A stretch of 64,000 nt of DNA from Nitrosarchaeum sp. (GTDB lineage: Archaea > Thermoproteota > Nitrososphaeria > Nitrososphaerales > Nitrosopumilaceae), in NCBI GenBank assembly GCA_965223865.1, contig OZ245020.1:416001-480000 (forward strand), written 5' to 3'. How positions within the stretch are numbered: position 1 is the stretch's first letter; each line of letters opens with the position of its first letter. The position numbers were made by a program, and so were the translations under genes. Positions 58,311 through 64,000 of the stretch are shown piece by piece. Below the pieces are notes generated by a model, which was not told where the DNA came from, made no database searches, and saw only the letters and a program-made list of their open reading frames with translations.

Positions 58311-59067
58311 TTTTAGATCTCCTGGATAAATTATTTTTTATTTCAAGAATATTTTCTGAAAGATTTTTCTTGTTATCAAAATCTTTAATGATTTTTTGAA
58401 GAGATGAACGATTTTTTTTAGACATTTTTTTACATAGATCAATTAACAAATCTATACCTCGTGTGACGTTATCTACAATTGTTATGTTTGCAGTCTGCGA
58501 TGTTCTTGAGAGCGGGTTTAGATCAAATGTAATGACTGTTTTTCCAGCCTTTCTTAATGCCAATGTCCTGTCTCCATCCTCTAGGGGAACAACTACAACA
58601 TCTGCTGAAAAAATTCCATTTTTATCTACAATCCTTCTTGACGAATCAATTCCAGGCAATGTGGCCTTTGAATCCTTATCTGTGCCTAGAATCTCCTTTG
58701 CACCGCTATTTTTTAGGATCTTAACGATGTTTTCTTTTCTTTTCTCGTTGGCATAAAACAAATTTACTTCAATTTTGGCGTTTACAGTCTTTGCTAATCT
58801 AACAACTTCCTTTGGGCATAATGCGGCAAGATTTCCATTTACAGAAATTACTGGAAAATCTGCTAAAAGAATCTGAGCAGCTGATGCCCTGATCGCCTTT
58901 TTTGCTGTCTTGCCAGTTTTTTCACCTAACAAATAATCAAATGCCTCTCCTCTACCTTGAGCAAGAAGTCCTTCCTTTGCAACTAGTCCATTATCAAAAC
59001 CACTAACTAGCCTTTCTCTAATTAATAATGATTTAACTCTGGGATGGGATTTTGGAATTATAGTCAT
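58303..59067 (-). CDS. archaeal phosphopantothenate synthetase
   Basis: GRGEAFDYLLGE, SVNGN, PLEDGDR, DLNPLSRT. Confidence 0.95.
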   Translation of the reverse strand: MTIIPKSHPRVKSLLIRERLVSGFDNGLVAKEGLLAQGRGEAFDYLLGEKTGKTAKKAIRASAAQILLADFPVISVNGNLAALCPKEVVRLAKTVNAKIEVNLFYANEKRKENIVKILKNSGAKEILGTDKDSKATLPGIDSSRRIVDKNGIFSADVVVVPLEDGDRTLALRKAGKTVITFDLNPLSRTSQTANITIVDNVTRGIDLLIDLCKKMSKKNRSSLQKIIKDFDNKKNLSENILEIKNNLSRRSKIA

Positions 59068-59077
59068 CTGGATTCAA

Positions 59078-59989
59078 TTAGTTATTTAGAACTCTTGCAC
59101 CCAAATTGTCTAATTCAGATCTTATAATAATTCCTTCAGTATATTTTTTAAATATTTTCAAAACATCACCTTCTTTTCCTTTTGGAACCATTGAAAAAAT
59201 CGTTTCACCGAAAAATGCTACTCCACATTTAATTTGATTAGAAGCGAGATCTTCAATTATTGTTTTCATTCTTGGTGTCATTACATCAACATATTTTGCA
59301 AACTCCAAAGACATATCTTGAAAATGTTCATAATTCTTCGATTCTAATAATCTATCAACCATCTTTTCACCTAAACCATTTATCTGTGAGAGTCTTTCTT
59401 TTAGAAAGTTGTTTGTTGAAATTGGAGAAAAGCAAATCATAATTATAGAAATAGGATCTGTGTCAATTTTTTCAACTTTGCCAATTCCTGGTGCACCTGG
59501 TTTAACTCTAATTTCAAAACCTCCAAAATATGAAGCCAAAACATCTCCCAATCCTGTTTTGCAATTTACTTCTGCATTATGGGCAATCTTTCCAATGATA
59601 TGATCATCTAATCTTGTCTGAAGAGCCTTATCTAATGCAAAGGCAAGTGATAATGCAACTGCACTACTAGAACCTAACCCATACCCAACTGGAACAGACA
59701 CATCATGTGTAATGTTGAAAAACAAATCATCAAATTTTCCAAGTTTTAGAAATTCCTTTAATACAAATTCAGAAACATCGGTTTTATCTGATTGATATCC
59801 ATGAGCAGAAATTTTAAAGTTTGAATCACCATTTGTCTTTGGTGTGATTGCTACCTTTGTGGTAACTCCATCTTTGATTGAAAAACCAGCACCCATCGAA
59901 CCAAGTTGCTCAGAATTCTTTTGATTTTCCTCCAAATGGGCCTTAAAAAAACCCGTAATGTGAGCAGGACAAAATGCTGTTGCTTCCAT
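59078..59989 (-). CDS. pantoate kinase (GHMP family)
   Basis: PAHITGFF, GSMGAG, PVGYGLGSSSA, TGLGDV; in the CoA operon. Confidence 0.93.
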   Translation of the reverse strand: MEATAFCPAHITGFFKAHLEENQKNSEQLGSMGAGFSIKDGVTTKVAITPKTNGDSNFKISAHGYQSDKTDVSEFVLKEFLKLGKFDDLFFNITHDVSVPVGYGLGSSSAVALSLAFALDKALQTRLDDHIIGKIAHNAEVNCKTGLGDVLASYFGGFEIRVKPGAPGIGKVEKIDTDPISIIMICFSPISTNNFLKERLSQINGLGEKMVDRLLESKNYEHFQDMSLEFAKYVDVMTPRMKTIIEDLASNQIKCGVAFFGETIFSMVPKGKEGDVLKIFKKYTEGIIIRSELDNLGARVLNN

Positions 59990-60054
59990 TGATCTGAGTT
60001 TAAATTTTACACAAAATATAAGAATATGGCTTAAATTAATTAAATTAGTATAAA

Positions 60055-61035
60055 TTGACTAAATTTGTTCGACGCCTACAAAAGATTGGAAGTAGTATTC
60101 TAGTTTCTCTTCCAAAAGAATGGGTTGATGCTAATAATTTGGACAAAAGTAGCCAGGTGGAAATTGAGACAGGCCAGGACAGCATTTCAATTTCAGCAAA
60201 TAAGGAAATGCGACCGACAAAAGAGCTAGTCATATCGTATCCCTTACCAAAAGAAGAAAATATTGTAGCTGACATTACTGGAGCTTATCTTTTGGGATAT
60301 GACATTATCCAAATTAATTCAAAATCAATTATTCCTAGTGAAGACAGAGAAAAAATTCGAAATTCAATGAGGCGTTTAGTTGGTATGGAAATCATTGAAG
60401 AAGATGCATCTAAAATAAATATGCAGTTTCTATTAGATGCAACTACCCTAAACCCAGAAAAAATTCTCAAAAGAATGAGCTCAATTGCACTTGGAATGTA
60501 TGAGGATGTATGCAATGGATTAACATCTGATGATAAATCAAACCTACCAACATTATCAAACAGAGATGTAGAAGTAAATCGACAATACTTTCTTCTTGTC
60601 AGATTAATTAGAAGTACTCTTGTTGATAAACGACTTGCCAATGTATTTAATTTAGAAAATATTGATGTTCTTGATTATAGGGTAGCTGCCAATCTTTTAG
60701 AAAATGCAAGTGACACAATAGTAGAGCTTGGAGATTTCATTTACAAATCATCGTTATCGGAGGATCATCTAAAAAAAGTATTTGATTTAGTACAACATTT
60801 TGAGGAGCTTGCAGAAAAATCAATTGATGCATTTACAAAACCTGATAGATTACTGGCAATTGAAGCTATATCCTTGCACAAAAAATATCAAGAAAGACTC
60901 TCTAAACTAAAAACCTCACTAGGAAATAAAAAAAATATTCCAATAGATTTTCTTGATCTTATCTACATGTTTGAGAGAATTGCAAAATCATGGGCAGATG
61001 TTGTGGATCTTGTAAAGCCTATTTACAAGGGATAA
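60055..61035 (+). CDS. AbrB-PhoU phosphate uptake regulator
   Basis: RRLQKIGSSILVSLPKEW plus PhoU repeats (RDVEVNRQYF, ERIA). Confidence 0.9.
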   Translation: MTKFVRRLQKIGSSILVSLPKEWVDANNLDKSSQVEIETGQDSISISANKEMRPTKELVISYPLPKEENIVADITGAYLLGYDIIQINSKSIIPSEDREKIRNSMRRLVGMEIIEEDASKINMQFLLDATTLNPEKILKRMSSIALGMYEDVCNGLTSDDKSNLPTLSNRDVEVNRQYFLLVRLIRSTLVDKRLANVFNLENIDVLDYRVAANLLENASDTIVELGDFIYKSSLSEDHLKKVFDLVQHFEELAEKSIDAFTKPDRLLAIEAISLHKKYQERLSKLKTSLGNKKNIPIDFLDLIYMFERIAKSWADVVDLVKPIYKG

Positions 61036-61551
61036 CTAGTTTAGTTTCTTTTTTGAAGCAAAAGTCATTACGGCACATATGGTTTTTGCATCTTGAATTT
61101 CTCCTTTCTTTATCATTTTCATCAATTTATCAAGCTCTATTTTTTCTACTGATAATATCTCATCTGCGTCTAGCTTCAAATCAGCAATTTTTTTCAGTCC
61201 TGAGGCTACATAACAGTGGATAATCTCTGAATTGTACCCAATTGATGGGTAAAATGAGATAAGAGGAGTCATTTTTTTGGCCCTATAACCTGTCTCTTCT
61301 TCTAGCTCCCTGAATGCACACTTTGTTGGATCTTCATTTTTCTCCAAAGTCCCTGCAGGTATTTCAAGAACATATCCATGAGGAAACCTATGCTGCTTTA
61401 CAAGAATTACCTTTTTATTCTCATCAAAAGCAAGCATCGCAGCTGCACCGCGATGCTCAATCATTTCTCGTTTTACTTTTCTTCCTTCAATAATACCATC
61501 ATAAACACTTAGGCCTAAAATTTTTCCTTGGTAGATCTTTTTCTTTTTCAT
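61036..61551 (-). CDS. NUDIX hydrolase (ADP-ribose pyrophosphatase-like)
   Basis: EIPAG...CAFRELEEETG Nudix box, QDAKT. Confidence 0.93.
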   Translation of the reverse strand: MKKKKIYQGKILGLSVYDGIIEGRKVKREMIEHRGAAAMLAFDENKKVILVKQHRFPHGYVLEIPAGTLEKNEDPTKCAFRELEEETGYRAKKMTPLISFYPSIGYNSEIIHCYVASGLKKIADLKLDADEILSVEKIELDKLMKMIKKGEIQDAKTICAVMTFASKKKLN

Positions 61552-61575
61552 GTGGGTTATTAATTAAATTATTAT

Positions 61576-62478
61576 TTAATTTGTTTGATAAGTTAAGTGA
61601 AGTGTTGGTGATTGTTTTGCATCTTCAATACTTTTCTCAAGCCACTTTTGAACAAAGGTAATTTTTTTTGGTATAAACAAGTCAGCTGTTTTCACATTTT
61701 CTTGGTTTCTAACCTTTTGAGTAATCTCATCCATTTTGAAAATATCATTGCTATACATAAACAAGACAATCTGATTTTTTGATATGAATGGAATTTGCAT
61801 ATAGGATTCTGAAAATTTTTTATTCATCTTTGATAATGTATCTTTAAGATCTCCTTCAATCCATGTAAGAATAGCATGAGGAATAAATCCCTGAATCTTT
61901 GTTGGGTTATAAATTAATGTGAATTGAATTCCCTCATTTTCTTGTAGCTTTTCTAAACAACGTGTTACAGTTTTTGTTGATAGGTTTGTACTCTTTGCAA
62001 TTGAATCTATTTTTTGTCTTGGATTTTTCATTAATTCTTTTATTATTTCCAAATCTGTCTTTGTAAGATTTGAAGAATATCCTGGATTTTCTGCTTCAAA
62101 AATTGATAGAACCCTAACATCTTTCATTAATTGTTTGGCTAGCTGAATTTTTTGATCCAAATCCTCTTTTACAACAATACTACAAACTGTAACTCCACCA
62201 ACACATGGTACAACAAAAAAAGGCTCTCCTACGAGACTGACTTGTTCTAAAATCTCCTCCATGTTTTGTCCAGTGACTACAAAATACAATACACTATACC
62301 CCAAAACAGGTGGCTCAACTCTTATAGTAAATTTCTCTATAATCTGGGAATCTTCCATCTTTCGAATCCTTGCTCTAACTGCTCCGCCTGAAATTCCCAA
62401 ATCTTTTCCTATTTGTCGATCAGATTCTCTACAATTATTCAGCAGTCTGCTGAGGATTTTTATATCTAAATTGTCCAA
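61576..62478 (-). CDS. AsnC/Lrp-type regulator with two HTH domains
   Basis: MDNLDIKIL...IGKDLGIS and LTKTDLEII...IAKSTNLSTKTV. Confidence 0.88.
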   Translation of the reverse strand: MDNLDIKILSRLLNNCRESDRQIGKDLGISGGAVRARIRKMEDSQIIEKFTIRVEPPVLGYSVLYFVVTGQNMEEILEQVSLVGEPFFVVPCVGGVTVCSIVVKEDLDQKIQLAKQLMKDVRVLSIFEAENPGYSSNLTKTDLEIIKELMKNPRQKIDSIAKSTNLSTKTVTRCLEKLQENEGIQFTLIYNPTKIQGFIPHAILTWIEGDLKDTLSKMNKKFSESYMQIPFISKNQIVLFMYSNDIFKMDEITQKVRNQENVKTADLFIPKKITFVQKWLEKSIEDAKQSPTLHLTYQTN

Positions 62479-62584
62479 TTTATCACCTAATTGTTAATTT
62501 ACAATATGTAAAGAACTAATTCAATATAAAAATGTCTATACTATTAGCACTAGGCATCATAGACATTAAATATTAGACTATTTT

Positions 62585-63781
62585 ATGATATGTGTGGAAT
62601 ATCGATTAACGCTTGCAAAACGAATGCTTTTCAACAAAAAAGGCAGTTTGATTGGGGCGGTTCTTGCAGTTACAATTGGGATTTTAGTAATTCATGTTAA
62701 CTTTGTAATTTTTCAGGGACTCTTTGATGCCATTGTTCGTGATATTAGTGACTATAGAAATGGAGATATCCTAGTTACAGATGAGGCAGATTACATTGAC
62801 AAATCAGATCTGTCTGTGGTAAGCTGGTTTGAAAGAATCCCCTATGTAGATGCCGCGACTCCGCGGCTTTCATCGTCTGCTGAGATGAACATGACTAAAA
62901 ATGGAAAATTAATTGAGGAGACAAGAATTCCAATAGTTGGAGTAGATCCATTCAGGGACATTAGAGCATCTACAGTTCATAAAACAGTCTCAGATGGTTC
63001 TTACGTTTTTTCGAGAAATTCTATAGTATTAGGTTCTAATGTCGCAAGAGATTTGGGTGGTGCTGAAGTTGGTGACAGTGTCAAAGTTTTAGTGGTTGAT
63101 AGATTCGGAGAGGATCAAATTAGGAGATTTACAGTATCAGGAATTGCAAAGTCTCCAGGTGGACAAGGATTTGATTACACTGCCGTAGTTCACATTGATA
63201 CTTTACGTGACATGATGAATAGACAAGGAGAAACCGGATCATTTATGGTAAAACTTAATGATCCTACTAAAGCATTTGAAGTAAAGGAATTCTTTTTGGC
63301 AGCGTTTCCAAATGATGACTTTTTGGCAGAAACAATAGAAGAATCTGCGGAAGAACAACTTGCTGGATTTAGGTCTGGTATTGCAATGATCAACATGATT
63401 GGATACTTTGGAATGATGTCCTCAGCGTTTGCTATTGTTACAATCCAGATGATGTTAGTTAACGGAAAAACAAGAGAGATTGGTGTAATGAGATCAATTG
63501 GCGCAAAGAGAAAAGATATTTTGATAATCTTTATCTTTCAGGGAATGATAATTGGTGCAATTGGTGCAGGTGTTGGAACTGCAGCAGGATTAGGATACAC
63601 ATTTTATGCAAAGGAGACAAAGATGTCCTTTAACAACAGTCTGCCTTTGGAGGTAAGCTATGATTGGCCTAAGATCATCCAAACAGCTATGACCTCATTT
63701 ATTTTGGCTATAATTGCATCTTTGTATCCCTCGTATAGAGCTACAAAACTATTACCAGTGGAGGCGATGAGAGCTGTCTAA
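62585..63781 (+). CDS. ABC transporter permease (MacB/LolC-E type)
   Basis: TM1, large external domain, KTREIGVMRSIGA, LYPSYRA. Confidence 0.93.
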   Translation: MICVEYRLTLAKRMLFNKKGSLIGAVLAVTIGILVIHVNFVIFQGLFDAIVRDISDYRNGDILVTDEADYIDKSDLSVVSWFERIPYVDAATPRLSSSAEMNMTKNGKLIEETRIPIVGVDPFRDIRASTVHKTVSDGSYVFSRNSIVLGSNVARDLGGAEVGDSVKVLVVDRFGEDQIRRFTVSGIAKSPGGQGFDYTAVVHIDTLRDMMNRQGETGSFMVKLNDPTKAFEVKEFFLAAFPNDDFLAETIEESAEEQLAGFRSGIAMINMIGYFGMMSSAFAIVTIQMMLVNGKTREIGVMRSIGAKRKDILIIFIFQGMIIGAIGAGVGTAAGLGYTFYAKETKMSFNNSLPLEVSYDWPKIIQTAMTSFILAIIASLYPSYRATKLLPVEAMRAV

Positions 63782-64000
63782 GGTACTTGAAATTCAAAAT
63801 CTCAGTAAAATTTACGGTGAAGGAGAAAACAAAGTAAAAGCATTAGATGATGCAACATTTTCTATAGAGCAGGGAGAAGTCGTGCTAATCGTTGGCAGTT
63901 CTGGCTCTGGAAAATCAACACTTCTAAACATGATAGGACTCTTAGACAGGCCAACTCACGGCAAAGTCTTCATTGATGGAGTAGACACTACAAAACTTGA
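63774..64000 (+). CDS. ABC transporter ATP-binding protein (LolD-like), 3'-truncated, probable CTG start
   Basis: SKVLEIQNLSKIYG...GSSGSGKST Walker A; in-frame TGA at 63768 leaves CTG 63774 as the start. Confidence 0.9.
   Translation, partial: MSKVLEIQNLSKIYGEGENKVKALDDATFSIEQGEVVLIVGSSGSGKSTLLNMIGLLDRPTHGKVFIDGVDTTKL

Noticed and set aside
702-63396. Many 60-170 aa ORFs antisense to or nested in clear genes (e.g. 2537..2767, 20833..21348, 30312..30647, 40527..41048, 52803..53189, 60285..60641)
   Set aside because: Shadow ORFs fully overlapping well-supported genes, with Ser/Phe/Ile-rich antisense composition and no motifs.

Overview
AT-rich archaeal chromosome segment. Gene content (PEF-type sorting signal, several cupredoxins, archaeal PCNA/RpoL/TFS, aCPSF1, PoK/PPS CoA pathway, cobJ/bluB) points to a Nitrosopumilus-like ammonia-oxidising archaeon (inferred, no database search). 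Most of the window is core housekeeping. There is also a CBS/USP/VIT1/cupredoxin/adenylyl-cyclase/PII signalling cluster at about 3.7-14.9 kb. The standout is a ~6.9 kb element (about 35997-42916) integrated at the 3' end of an intron-containing tRNA-Arg(CCT) and bounded by a 13-bp direct repeat. It encodes a tyrosine integrase, a stand-alone TopoVI-A/Spo11-like (Mini-A-like) protein with no B subunit, a membrane-anchored wHTH plus PD-(D/E)xK-like protein, a zincin-like protein, a wHTH regulator and a TM-TPR protein. It also carries an exactly duplicated 44-bp promoter/operator and an inverted array of 13-bp-phased repeats. Manual reading found several microproteins missing from the ORF track (paralogous pair, metallothionein-like, Zn-fingers), two genes that appear to need CTG starts, and four single-base frameshifts. 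All calls rest on motif recognition by eye.
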